DNA of 64,000 nucleotides from a virus (Duplodnaviria; Caudoviricetes), in the IMG/VR virus record IMGVR_UViG_3300032237_000809, positions 1-64,000 of that record; one strand, written 5' to 3'. The notes beneath the pieces are model-generated. The model was not told the DNA's origin, made no database searches, and saw only the letters and a list, made by a program, of their open reading frames with translations. The position numbers were made by a program, and so were the translations under genes. Below, piece by piece: positions 19,787 to 30,572 of this stretch. How positions within the stretch are numbered: position 1 is the stretch's first letter; every line of letters begins with the position of its first letter.

Positions 19787-21334
19787 ATGTCTGCATTTGT
19801 AACAGATCAGTTTAGAATTTTAAACGCAAATAATTTTGTAGATTCTGTAGTGGATTCTTCAAATTCATATTACGTTTTTCTTGGATTACCAAATCCAGAT
19901 CCATCTAGTATAGGATTTGGTAGAACTGATAATTGGAATATTAATCCAGTAATTCCAACCGATAATTTTTCATATCAAAATCACTATAGAGATACATCAA
20001 TTTTTGGAAAAAAAATTACTTCTTCAAATATTAGAAGAATTATAAGAAAGGTTGATTGGGTTGCAAATACACAGTATGAAATGTATAGGCATGACTACAG
20101 TATCTACAATCTATCCTCATTATCACAATCAGCAAGACTTTATGACTGTAATTATTACGTAGTTAATTCTAATTATAGAGTTTATATTTGTATAGATAAT
20201 GGATCTTCTGGAATTAATCCAACTATTGAAGGATCTCAGGATGAACCAACGTTTACAGATTTAGAACCATCTGTTGCTGGTACTAGTGGTGATGGATATA
20301 TTTGGAAATACTTATTTACAATTTCTCCTAGTGATATCATAAAGTTTGATTCTACAGAATATATTGTTGTTCCAAATGATTGGCAAACTTCAACCGATCC
20401 TCAAATTGTTTCAGTAAGAGAAAATGGAGATTCTTCATTAAATCAAAATCAAATAAAAAAAATATATATCGAAAATGGTGGATTAAATTACAATTCAGGA
20501 ACTGTTAGAATTCTTGGTGATGGTAGTGGCGGAGAAGTTTCAATTACAGTTGATTCAAATGGAAGTATAATTTCAACTACTGTAATATCTGGTGGTAGTG
20601 GATACACTTACGGAATAGTTGATTTAGGAAGTCTTCAAAAAAGTTCATCTTTAACTAATTATGCAAAATTGATACCAATAATCCCCCCTTCTAAAGGACA
20701 TGGATATGATCTATATAAAGAATTGGGAACTGATAAAATCTTAATCTATGCTCGTTTTGATGATTCGACAAAAGATTTTCCAATAGATACCAAATTTTCA
20801 CAGATTGGAATTGTTAAGAATCCAACATCTTTTGGGTCAGATGTAATTTTTACTCAAAATCAATATTCATCACTATATGCAATAAGACTTACTTCAGGAA
20901 CTGCTCCTGTTGTCGGACAAAAAATTACACAAACTGTAACTAATGGAATTGCAAAAGGGTATGTAGCTTCTTATGATAGCGAAACTCAAGTAATGAAATA
21001 TTTTATGGATAGATCATTATATTATAATCCAACTACCGGATATTATGATCAAACTGATTATTATGGTGTTTCCGATCAATCTGAGGTTTTAAATTTTGAA
21101 TCTTCATCCACTAATACTATTAAACCATATTCAGCATCTATTGATGTTAATTTAAACGATAATAAAGTTACAGTTGGAAGTAAAGTTGTAGATTTGGGAG
21201 TTGTTTTTAATGGTGGATTAGCAAATCCTGAGATAAATAAATCATCGGGAGATATCATTTACATTGATAATAGATCTCTGGTTTCTAGAAGTTCAAGACA
21301 AAAAGAAGACATTAAAATTATCCTGGAATTTTAA
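19787..21334 (+). CDS. gp8: baseplate wedge subunit gp8
   Basis: Y.MYRHDY, YV.NS.Y.VY.CI.N, DGY.WKYLF, PP.GHG, SGDIIYIDNR..R...QKEDIKI. Confidence 0.92.
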   Translation: MSAFVTDQFRILNANNFVDSVVDSSNSYYVFLGLPNPDPSSIGFGRTDNWNINPVIPTDNFSYQNHYRDTSIFGKKITSSNIRRIIRKVDWVANTQYEMYRHDYSIYNLSSLSQSARLYDCNYYVVNSNYRVYICIDNGSSGINPTIEGSQDEPTFTDLEPSVAGTSGDGYIWKYLFTISPSDIIKFDSTEYIVVPNDWQTSTDPQIVSVRENGDSSLNQNQIKKIYIENGGLNYNSGTVRILGDGSGGEVSITVDSNGSIISTTVISGGSGYTYGIVDLGSLQKSSSLTNYAKLIPIIPPSKGHGYDLYKELGTDKILIYARFDDSTKDFPIDTKFSQIGIVKNPTSFGSDVIFTQNQYSSLYAIRLTSGTAPVVGQKITQTVTNGIAKGYVASYDSETQVMKYFMDRSLYYNPTTGYYDQTDYYGVSDQSEVLNFESSSTNTIKPYSASIDVNLNDNKVTVGSKVVDLGVVFNGGLANPEINKSSGDIIYIDNRSLVSRSSRQKEDIKIILEF

Positions 21335-21339
21335 AGAAA

Positions 21340-24300
21340 ATGGCACAAAAAACAAATTTAAACGTCAGCCCATATTATGATGACTTTGATTCTGAGGGTA
21401 ATTTTTATAAAGTACTTTTTAATCCTGGAAAACCAGTACAATCAAGAGAGTTAACAACTCTTCAATCTATTTTACAAAATCAAATAGAAACTTTTGGTAG
21501 TAACATATTTAAAGAGGGATCTATGGTGATCCCTGGTAATATCGGTTATGATGGTCAATTTTATTCGGTTAAATTAAATTCTACCAATTTTGGTGTTGAT
21601 GTCTCATTATACATCAATTATTTTAAAGGGTTAAAAATAACAGGTCAATCATCTGGAACAACAGCAGTAATTCAGTATATTGCTCTACCACAAGGAAATA
21701 ATATAGAAGATTTAACAATTTATGTAAAATACTTAGATTCTGATAATAATTTTGTTTTCAACCCATTCCAAGATGGAGAATCTTTGATTGCTAATGAAAA
21801 TGTTACTTATGGTAATACTACGATTAGTGCTGGAACACCCTTCGCATCATTAATTTTTTCAAATGCAACTTCTATAGGATCTGCTGCTTCTATCAAAAAA
21901 GGCGTATATTTTATTAGGGGTTATTTTGTTAATGTAGAAGATCAAACAATACTTCTTGATGAATATACAAATACACCTTCATATAGAATTGGGTTGAAAA
22001 TTGATGAATTAATCATCACCGCTAAAGATGATCCGTTTTTATATGATAATGCTAAAGGATTTACCAATTATGCGGCTCCTGGAGCAGATAGGTTTAAAAT
22101 TAATTTAGTATTAACTAAGAAACTCTTAACAGATACTAATGATACAGATTTTGTTGAATTATTAAGAGTTCAGGATGGTAAAATTAAAAAAATTGACGTT
22201 AAAACTCAATATAATGTCATAAAAGATTATCTTGCACAAAGAACTTATGATGAATCTGGAGATTATTCAATAGAACCATTTATTCCATCAATACACAATT
22301 CATTAAATGATAGATTGGGAAATAATGGAATTTACTTTAGCAATGAAACAACCGATGAAGGTTCAACACCATCAGATGGTTTGATGTGTGTGAAAGTATC
22401 TCCAGGAAAATCTTATGTAAGGGGATATGATGTAGTTAAAATTGGAACAACTATCTTAGATGTTGAAAAACCAAGAGATACTGAAAAAATATCTAAGGTA
22501 AATATTCCTTTTGAAATGGGAAATATTTTAAGAGTTAATAATGTATCTGGAGTTCCGAGTGAAAGAAAAAATATTTCATTATATAATAGAAGAGTGGGTG
22601 ATTCTGGATCAATAATTGGTGATGCTAGAGTATATACATTTAATTTAACAGATGCATCATATTCTAATGCAACTACAAATTGGGATTTATATCTTTATGA
22701 TATTCAAACATATACAGTATTAACATTAAATTCTACAATTTCAACTCAAGAATTGCCAACAACTTCTTTTATTAAAGGTAAGAGTAGTGGATCTAGTGGA
22801 TATGCAGTTTATGACGGAGCAAATTCTACATCTGTTAGTTTAAGACAGACTTCTGGATCATTTTCCGTTGGTGAGCAAATTATAATCAATGGGTTGGATT
22901 CTGCAAGAACTATTACATCAATTACGGTTTATTCAACTCAAGATATCAAATCTGTATATCAATCAACTTCAGGATTTCCCACTTTTACTGCAGATCTACA
23001 ATTAGAAAAATTTGCTCTTCCAAATCAAGTTACAAAAGCAACAATTACTACTGGTGGATTGATATCTTCTCCTAGTAAGGTATTTACTGGGGTTAGATTG
23101 GGTAGCATTATTAGATATCAAACTCCTAGTGGAACTGATGAAAAATTTAATAGAGTAACTTCAATTTCTCCAGATGGTTTATCCATGACTGTTGCAGCAC
23201 TTGGAGCATCTGTTTCTGGAATATGTGATCGAACACTCCCATCATCTACATTAGAATATTCAATTTCAATTGGGACACCTATCATAAGAAATGAATCTTC
23301 TGGATATTTGTATGCAAAATTGCCAGATAAAAATATATCAACAGTAGAACTTTCAGATTCAAATATTTCAATCTCCAAGCAAATAACTAAAAATGTTTCG
23401 TCAAATACATTAACATTTAGTACTTCAGATTTTACACCAGGAATTAGTAGTTCATTCTTATTACCATTTGATGCCGAAAGATATTCGGTTCATTATTCAG
23501 ATGGTACAATTGAACCACTGACTTCCGATAAATTTGTATTAAATGGAAATACTGCAACATTATATAATTTGAATAAATCTACAGATACTGGAACCATTGT
23601 TAATATTGGATTAGTTAAAAATGGTATTCAAAGTAAGATAAAAGAATATAATAGAAGTAGAGTAATCAATATCACCGCATCAAAGTTTCCAAACTCGGGA
23701 GTTGGTGTAAATACTACCTTAAATGATGGATTATTATATAATAAATTCTATGGATTAAGAGTTCAAGATGAAGAGATATGTTTAAATTATCCGGATGTAT
23801 CAAAAGTTATTGCAGTTTATGAATCTTTTGACTCCAATAGTCTAACTTTTGATCAAATAGAGTTAAGTTCTAATTCTAATGTATCTACAAATGCAATAAT
23901 TGGCGAAAATATATTAGGAAATTCAAGCAAAGCAATAGCAAGAGTAGTAACAAAACCAGGTTCAAATATTTTAGGAATTGTTTATTTAAATGAAAATAGA
24001 TTTTCTATTAATGAACCTGTAACATTTGAAGAATCTAATATTAATACAAATATTGTAACAATAACATTAGGTAGTTATAAAAATATTACTAATTTGTATC
24101 GACTTGATAGTGGTCAAAAAGATCAATATTATGATTATTCTAGAATTGTTAGAAATCAAAATACAGTTGAACCTTCCAGAAATTTGTCAATAGTATTTGA
24201 TCATTATACTGTACCAGTTAATGATGATGGCGATGCATTTACGGTATTAAGTTATGATGAACAAAGATTTAGTAAGGATATTCCAAGTATTGGATTGAAT

Positions 24301-27300
24301 AATGTAAGAGCTTCAGATACATTAGATTTTAGACCAAGAGTATCTGTATTTACTGGTATGGATAGATCTCCATTTGATTTTTCATCAAGAACATCTGGAC
24401 TTCAAACAGATTTAAAAAGAATTTTATCTCCAAATGAAAGTTCTCTTATTGGATATAGTTATTATTTGGCAAGAATTGATAAACTTTATATTGATAAATT
24501 TGCAAAAATTTTTGTTGATAAAGGTATATCTGCAAAAAATCCAAAATCTCCTATAAAGAATGATGATGTAATGGAACTTGCAACCATTACATTACCACCA
24601 TATCTCTATGATCCGCAGGATGCAAGAATAACTCTTATTGATAATAGAAGATATACAATGAGAGATATTGGTAAAATTGAAGATAGAGTTGAAAATTTAG
24701 AAAGAGTAACATCTCTTACATTACTTGAAGTTAATACACAAACACTTCAAATTAAAGACGCTGATGGAAATGATAGATTTAAATCAGGATTCTTTGTAGA
24801 TGATTTTAAAAATTATGATTTAATTAATCCAGACAATTCTTCTATTCAAGTAAATGGAGATGTTAAGGAATTGAGACCTATTATTAGTAGAAATTCTCTT
24901 AAAAGTCAACTTGCTCCTGCAAAATATTTAATTGACGAAGAATTGGATTTGAGAGTAAATTTTGAATTATTAGATCCAAATGTTCAAAAAACTGGAAAAG
25001 CAGTAACTTTAAAATATGATTCTATTGGATGGATAGAGCAACCTTTTGCAACTAGAGTTGAAAATGTAAACCCATTTAATATTATCATATACAATGGAAA
25101 TATAACATTATCTCCAGAGGAGGATCGTTGGGTCAGAACAATCCAACTTCCAGATAGGCAAGTTTCGGTCACAAAAAATGTAAGTCTTGATCTAGGAACA
25201 ATTCAAGGACAAAATACTACAACTTCTTCCAAAATAAGTTTAGATGGTAATTGGAAATTGAGGGCAAACGACGTATATGTAGTAACTCAAACTTCAAATC
25301 AAATAACAAGTTCAAGTACAAATACTGATGTAAGTACTGAAAAATCTTTTGTTGGTTCTTATGAAGAATCATTTATGAGATCTAGAAATACTGAATTTTC
25401 AATATCAAATATTGCACCAAAGACACAATTTTATCAATTTTTTGATGGAAATAGTTCAGTAGATTTTATTCCAAAATTGGTAGAAATTTCAAATGATTCA
25501 ACTCTACAAAATTATGGGGCATCTGGATCATTTAAAGTCGGTGAAACAGTAATTGGAAGATATAATAATACTGATTTAATTTCATTTAGAGTTGCATCTG
25601 GAGATCACAAATATGGACAATATAGTTCTCCAACTACAACATACCAAATAAATCCATATTTACCAACTGAGAGGTTATCTTCTTCTTATAGTTCATCTTC
25701 AAAGGTTTTAAATATTGATACATATTCATTATCAGAAGAAGCACAGGGGAAATATTCTGGATACTTAATTAAAGGTATGAGATTAGTTGGTCAAACTAGT
25801 GGCGCAGTTGCATATGTAAAAGATTTAAGATTAATATCCGATAATTATGGTGATTTAATTGGTTCTTTCTTTTTAAGAGATCCAAATACAAATCCTCCAC
25901 CTACAGTAAGAATTCATACAGGAAAGAAAACTTTTAAAATAACATCAAGTTCTACCAACCAAACTCCACTCTCAGGAAGTACTGATATTTCTTCTGCAGA
26001 ATCTACTTATGTTTCTGAGGGTATTGCTGAACAATTTGAAAATATAGTCACTACAACTACAACTACAACTAATACTACAATAACTCAAATAAGTACAAAT
26101 ACTGAAACTATTGCAAGATATTATGATCCTTTAGCGCAAACATTTGTTGTTGGTGGAAATGTAGAAGCTCCAAATCCAATTAATACCAATGATGATGTAA
26201 ATGGTGCATTTTTAACTGCTATTGATTTATTTTTTGCTAAAAAAGATACTGAAAATTGTCCAGTAAAAATTGAAATAAGAACGGTTGAATTAGGAACTCC
26301 AACAAGAGTAATAATTGGAAGTCCAGTTACATTAAGACCAGATCAAGTAAATGTTTCAGACAATGCAGAAACTGCAACTCATGTTGTATTTGATTATCCA
26401 ATATTTTTACCTCCTGGTAGAGAATATGCAATTGTAATTATTTCTGAATCTAGTGACAAATATGAATTGTGGACTGCCCAAATGGGTGAAAGGACTGTAA
26501 ATACTGCATCATTACCTGATGCTGAAAGTGTTAGGTACACTAGACAATTTTCAATGGGAAGTCTATTTAAATCCCAAAATGGATCTATATGGACAGCAAA
26601 TCAGTATCAAGACCTCAAATTTAAACTTTATAAAGCACAATTTACATCAAATACCGGTACAGCATTCTTTTATAATCCAACTTTAGATGAAAGTAATAAC
26701 TACATTAGAACTTTAAATCAAAATCCAGTAACTTCATTATCCAAAATTGCAAAAATTGGAATTACTACGACATATAATTCTTCCACAATTGCAATTTTAA
26801 CAAATGGTAGAAAGATAGGAGAATCCGTAAAAACTTATAGATATGGAACAATATTTGGTACTGGAAGTTTTGCTTCTTCTGTTGGGATTACAACTGGTGG
26901 AAAAAATTATATCTCGGATAGTAATGTTGAGACATTTGCAATTACTGGCAATGGATCTGGATTAATATTAAATATTACTGCAAATTCTGGTATCATTACC
27001 GGAACTCCAACTATAGTATCTCCAGGAAATGGATATGCAATTGGGGATGTAGTTGGTATCGTTACATCAACCGCAGGAAATACCGGAACAGGGGCAAATA
27101 TTACTATTACTGGTAATGGTAATAGTATAGACACATTATATCTTTCTAATGTACAGGCGGAAACATTTACTATTGGTGCAACTTTAAATTACTACAACGA
27201 TTCAGGAGCAGCCGTTGGTCTTGGAACAACTGTTATTACAAGTAGATCCATTCCAAATGATTACAATTCAGGAAATTATATGCGAGTAGATCATTTTGAT

Positions 27301-28614
27301 CACGGAATGTATTCTAAAACAAATAAATTAACCATAAGTGGTATTGCACCAAGTTCTTCTCAGGTAATTCTTACCTCCCCATTACTAAGGTCAGAGGTCA
27401 ATACGATTAATATTTCAGATTCTTCCAATTTTGCCACATTTGAAAAAATGGCAGTTAGTGCAAGCAATCCTGGATATGTAAAAGTTGAAGATGAAATTAT
27501 TAGTTATCAATCTGTTGGTAACGGTACATTAAATACTCTTGGTAGAGGAATTGATTCTACTGTCATCTTAGATCATCCAATAGATAGTTTAGCATACAAA
27601 TATCAATTGAATGGAATTTCTCTTAGAAGAATTAATACAACTCATGACATTAGTGATTTAGATATTGGAATAGATGGATATTTTATTGAAATTGATAGAT
27701 CATCCGCAAAAGGTACGAATAGATCTTTTGATGGATCATTTATGGATGCTCCACAATTATCATTCACAAATACTCAAACTTTTGGTGGTTCTAATGTTAA
27801 GGCAACAGAAAATATTCAATATGATGCTATTGTCCCATATTACAATGTTGCAACCCCAAGTTCATCAACTTCCGTTACTGCATCAATAAGATCAATAACC
27901 GGTACTAGTATTTCTGGAAATGAAACTTCATTCTTAGATAATGGTTTTGAACCAGTACAATTGAATAAATTAAACAAATTAACTACCACAAGATTAGTAT
28001 GCTCCAATATAAATGAAATTACATATTTAACTAATTTACCTAGAAATAAATCACTTACTACTGGAATAACATTAAAGACAACTGATAATAATCTATCGCC
28101 TATAATTTATTGTGATAGTGCTAAGAGTGAGTTTTATAGTAATAGAATAGACAAACCAATAGAAGATTATGCATCTGATAATAGAGTTAATTCTTTAATA
28201 TATGATCCCCATGCTGCGGTTTATGTTTCAAATACAGTTAAATTAACTCAACCAGCATCTTCTCTGAAAGTAATTTTATCTGCATATCGTCATGAATCAT
28301 CTGATTTTAGAGTCCTTTACAGTTTAATCAGAGCAGATTCTAGTGAAATTCCTCAAGCATTTGAATTATTCCCTGGTTATGATAATTTAATATATACTAA
28401 TGGTGGTGGTTATTCTGTTAAAAATAAATCTAAAAATAATGGAAAACCAGATGTATTTGTAAGTTCAAGTTTGAATAATGAATTTTTAGAATATCAATTT
28501 ACTGCAGATAATCTTGATTTATTTACAGGTTATACAATTAAAATTGTAATGTCTGGAACCAACCAAGCATATGTTCCAATAATTAAACAACTTAGATCAA
28601 TAGCAGTAAGATGA
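21340..28614 (+). CDS. VrlC-like (DUF4815-type) large virion structural protein (2424 aa)
   Basis: LNVSPYYDDF..FY.VLF.PG..VQ.REL, RTYDESGDY, N.RYTMRDIG, DPLAQTF, GSLFKSQN motifs. Confidence 0.85.
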   Translation: MAQKTNLNVSPYYDDFDSEGNFYKVLFNPGKPVQSRELTTLQSILQNQIETFGSNIFKEGSMVIPGNIGYDGQFYSVKLNSTNFGVDVSLYINYFKGLKITGQSSGTTAVIQYIALPQGNNIEDLTIYVKYLDSDNNFVFNPFQDGESLIANENVTYGNTTISAGTPFASLIFSNATSIGSAASIKKGVYFIRGYFVNVEDQTILLDEYTNTPSYRIGLKIDELIITAKDDPFLYDNAKGFTNYAAPGADRFKINLVLTKKLLTDTNDTDFVELLRVQDGKIKKIDVKTQYNVIKDYLAQRTYDESGDYSIEPFIPSIHNSLNDRLGNNGIYFSNETTDEGSTPSDGLMCVKVSPGKSYVRGYDVVKIGTTILDVEKPRDTEKISKVNIPFEMGNILRVNNVSGVPSERKNISLYNRRVGDSGSIIGDARVYTFNLTDASYSNATTNWDLYLYDIQTYTVLTLNSTISTQELPTTSFIKGKSSGSSGYAVYDGANSTSVSLRQTSGSFSVGEQIIINGLDSARTITSITVYSTQDIKSVYQSTSGFPTFTADLQLEKFALPNQVTKATITTGGLISSPSKVFTGVRLGSIIRYQTPSGTDEKFNRVTSISPDGLSMTVAALGASVSGICDRTLPSSTLEYSISIGTPIIRNESSGYLYAKLPDKNISTVELSDSNISISKQITKNVSSNTLTFSTSDFTPGISSSFLLPFDAERYSVHYSDGTIEPLTSDKFVLNGNTATLYNLNKSTDTGTIVNIGLVKNGIQSKIKEYNRSRVINITASKFPNSGVGVNTTLNDGLLYNKFYGLRVQDEEICLNYPDVSKVIAVYESFDSNSLTFDQIELSSNSNVSTNAIIGENILGNSSKAIARVVTKPGSNILGIVYLNENRFSINEPVTFEESNINTNIVTITLGSYKNITNLYRLDSGQKDQYYDYSRIVRNQNTVEPSRNLSIVFDHYTVPVNDDGDAFTVLSYDEQRFSKDIPSIGLNNVRASDTLDFRPRVSVFTGMDRSPFDFSSRTSGLQTDLKRILSPNESSLIGYSYYLARIDKLYIDKFAKIFVDKGISAKNPKSPIKNDDVMELATITLPPYLYDPQDARITLIDNRRYTMRDIGKIEDRVENLERVTSLTLLEVNTQTLQIKDADGNDRFKSGFFVDDFKNYDLINPDNSSIQVNGDVKELRPIISRNSLKSQLAPAKYLIDEELDLRVNFELLDPNVQKTGKAVTLKYDSIGWIEQPFATRVENVNPFNIIIYNGNITLSPEEDRWVRTIQLPDRQVSVTKNVSLDLGTIQGQNTTTSSKISLDGNWKLRANDVYVVTQTSNQITSSSTNTDVSTEKSFVGSYEESFMRSRNTEFSISNIAPKTQFYQFFDGNSSVDFIPKLVEISNDSTLQNYGASGSFKVGETVIGRYNNTDLISFRVASGDHKYGQYSSPTTTYQINPYLPTERLSSSYSSSSKVLNIDTYSLSEEAQGKYSGYLIKGMRLVGQTSGAVAYVKDLRLISDNYGDLIGSFFLRDPNTNPPPTVRIHTGKKTFKITSSSTNQTPLSGSTDISSAESTYVSEGIAEQFENIVTTTTTTTNTTITQISTNTETIARYYDPLAQTFVVGGNVEAPNPINTNDDVNGAFLTAIDLFFAKKDTENCPVKIEIRTVELGTPTRVIIGSPVTLRPDQVNVSDNAETATHVVFDYPIFLPPGREYAIVIISESSDKYELWTAQMGERTVNTASLPDAESVRYTRQFSMGSLFKSQNGSIWTANQYQDLKFKLYKAQFTSNTGTAFFYNPTLDESNNYIRTLNQNPVTSLSKIAKIGITTTYNSSTIAILTNGRKIGESVKTYRYGTIFGTGSFASSVGITTGGKNYISDSNVETFAITGNGSGLILNITANSGIITGTPTIVSPGNGYAIGDVVGIVTSTAGNTGTGANITITGNGNSIDTLYLSNVQAETFTIGATLNYYNDSGAAVGLGTTVITSRSIPNDYNSGNYMRVDHFDHGMYSKTNKLTISGIAPSSSQVILTSPLLRSEVNTINISDSSNFATFEKMAVSASNPGYVKVEDEIISYQSVGNGTLNTLGRGIDSTVILDHPIDSLAYKYQLNGISLRRINTTHDISDLDIGIDGYFIEIDRSSAKGTNRSFDGSFMDAPQLSFTNTQTFGGSNVKATENIQYDAIVPYYNVATPSSSTSVTASIRSITGTSISGNETSFLDNGFEPVQLNKLNKLTTTRLVCSNINEITYLTNLPRNKSLTTGITLKTTDNNLSPIIYCDSAKSEFYSNRIDKPIEDYASDNRVNSLIYDPHAAVYVSNTVKLTQPASSLKVILSAYRHESSDFRVLYSLIRADSSEIPQAFELFPGYDNLIYTNGGGYSVKNKSKNNGKPDVFVSSSLNNEFLEYQFTADNLDLFTGYTIKIVMSGTNQAYVPIIKQLRSIAVR

Positions 28615-28817
28615 TAAGAGTTGAAGGTTATTCAAATTTATATCGTGATGAAGAAACTGGTGCCATAGTTAATTGTGATACTATGGCATATAATCAATAT
28701 ATAACTTCTTTAAATATGAAAAATTCTCAAAAAAAAGAAATTGATGGTATAAAAAATGAAATTAGTGAGATAAAATCTTTATTAAAACAATTGCTTGATA
28801 AAAATGGATCCATCTAA
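28611..28817 (+). CDS. hypothetical protein (68 aa)
   Basis: VEG..NLYRD..TGAIVN plus coiled coil; ATGA overlap. Confidence 0.8.
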   Translation: MIRVEGYSNLYRDEETGAIVNCDTMAYNQYITSLNMKNSQKKEIDGIKNEISEIKSLLKQLLDKNGSI

Positions 28818-28980
28818 AATTGAATTAAATTCTATTTCAAAACTTTTTGAATATGAAAAAATATCAAGAGAAATTGAACAATGTGATGACATTGATCAAT
28901 TAAAGAATATTGCAAAATCTTATGTGAAACTTCATCTTGCACAACAAGAATTAATTCTTCAATTAGGTAGTAAACTATAA
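28804..28980 (+). CDS. NblA-like (phycobilisome degradation adaptor-like) small protein
   Basis: 58 aa, helix-loop-helix pattern resembling NblA (IEL..S..FE....R.I.....DQL...A...KL...Q); by-eye similarity only. Confidence 0.45.
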   Translation: MDPSKIELNSISKLFEYEKISREIEQCDDIDQLKNIAKSYVKLHLAQQELILQLGSKL

Positions 28981-28988
28981 TATAAATA
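28981..28988 (+). promoter_or_regulatory. T4-type late promoter TATAAATA
   Basis: Exact consensus upstream of the neck cluster; further exact copies at 38810, 41239, 45816, 47856, 50552, 52003, 52071, 55731, 59464, 62228. Confidence 0.85.
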
Positions 28989-29011
28989 AGAAGTAGATAT
29001 TGAAAAAATAG

Positions 29012-29353
29012 ATGGCAGCCGTATATGTCAACAATTTAGTCATAAATGCTGGATGTACTTTTAGCCAATCATTTAGCTTAGAATCAATTGATACAAATTC
29101 TGCATTTAATTTGGTAGGATATACAATATCTGCACAAATGAGAAAATGGTCTGGAAGTTCTTCCGCTATAAATTTTACCACAAATACTCTTGTAACATCT
29201 CCAAATTCATTAATTATTAGTTTAACTGCAGATCAAACAAAAGATCTAAAACCTGGTAGATATGTTTATGATGTTGTAATCTATGACGATTATGATACTA
29301 AAATTAGAATTATTGAGGGTATGGTTCTTTTAAGAGAAGGAGTTACTCGATAA
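29012..29353 (+). CDS. hypothetical virion-associated protein (113 aa)
   Basis: L.GY...AQMRK, L.LT..QT..L..GRYVYDV, R..EG motifs; late promoter. Confidence 0.8.
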   Translation: MAAVYVNNLVINAGCTFSQSFSLESIDTNSAFNLVGYTISAQMRKWSGSSSAINFTTNTLVTSPNSLIISLTADQTKDLKPGRYVYDVVIYDDYDTKIRIIEGMVLLREGVTR

Positions 29354-29730
29354 TGGCAGATATAAGAGTTAGAGTAGGTCAAGAAAACGCTGTTAAAGTT
29401 ATTTCCAGTCTATCTTCTGCTGGCGGTAGAGCAGTAATTTCTGATAATGTAATTGGTGGAATTGCATCAGTTACACAATTGAGTGTAAGTGGTATTTCTA
29501 CATTTAATACATCTATATTTGCTGGAATATCAACTTTTTCAAATAGGTTATATATAAGAGGAGGTTTATATTTTACGCAATATTCCGCATATGGAATAGC
29601 ATATTATGGAACTGATGGTCAATTAAGTTTTACATCATCATCAGCAATTAATATTAGCAATAAAATACTTACAACTGATGAATTCGGCGTTCCAATTTGG
29701 TCAAATATAATCGATGGAGGATCATACTAA
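29353..29730 (+). CDS. hypothetical fibre-like virion protein
   Basis: GGIASVTQLSVSGISTF unit; C-terminal IDGG.Y. Confidence 0.75.
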   Translation: MADIRVRVGQENAVKVISSLSSAGGRAVISDNVIGGIASVTQLSVSGISTFNTSIFAGISTFSNRLYIRGGLYFTQYSAYGIAYYGTDGQLSFTSSSAINISNKILTTDEFGVPIWSNIIDGGSY

Positions 29731-30572
29731 TGGCAAAACCAAATAGTCGCCAAGAACTTGTAGATTACTGTCTAAGGCGCCTAGGCGCCCCTGTACTGGA
29801 GATTAACGTAGATGATGACCAAGTAGATGATTTGGTTGACGATGCCCTCCAGTACTTCCACGAGAGGCACTTTGATGGCGTTGAAAGAATGTATCTTAAG
29901 TACAAGATAACTCAGGCAGATATTGATAGAGGACATTCTCAAGGAACAACTGGAGTAGGAATAGTAACAACCACAGGATCCACAAATATTAGTGGAGTTG
30001 GTAGTACATCATTCAAATTTTATGAGACATCCAATTTTATTCAAGTACCAGATTCCGTAATAGGAATAGAAAAAGTATTTAAATTTGATACTAGTGATAT
30101 TTCTGGAGGAATGTTCAGTATTAAATATCAGTTATTTCTAAATGATTTATATTATTTCAATTCAGTAGAACTTCTTCAATATGCAATGGTAAAATCGTAT
30201 TTGGAAGACATTGATTTTTTATTAAAAACGGATAAACAAATAAGATTTAATAAAAGACAAAATAGAATGTATTTGGATATTGATTGGGGGGCACAAAAAG
30301 CAAATAGTTTTTTAATAATTGACTGTTATAGAATTTTAGATCCTAATGATTTCACAAAAGTATATAATGATAGTTTCTTAAAGAAATACCTTACCGCATT
30401 AATTAAAAGGCAATGGGGACAGAATCTAATTAAATTTAGAGGAGTTAAATTGCCTGGTGGTATTGAATTAAATGGTAGAGAATTATATGATGATGCTGAA
30501 AGAGATCTTAGTGCAATACAAGAAAGAATGTCAATGGATTATGAACTTCCACCCTATGATTTTGTTGGATAA
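29730..30572 (+). CDS. gp13: neck protein gp13
   Basis: L.DYCLR.LGAPVLEINV..DQ; IKRQWG.NL.KF.GV.LPGG..LNG; ATG29730 preferred. Confidence 0.95.
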   Translation: MAKPNSRQELVDYCLRRLGAPVLEINVDDDQVDDLVDDALQYFHERHFDGVERMYLKYKITQADIDRGHSQGTTGVGIVTTTGSTNISGVGSTSFKFYETSNFIQVPDSVIGIEKVFKFDTSDISGGMFSIKYQLFLNDLYYFNSVELLQYAMVKSYLEDIDFLLKTDKQIRFNKRQNRMYLDIDWGAQKANSFLIIDCYRILDPNDFTKVYNDSFLKKYLTALIKRQWGQNLIKFRGVKLPGGIELNGRELYDDAERDLSAIQERMSMDYELPPYDFVG

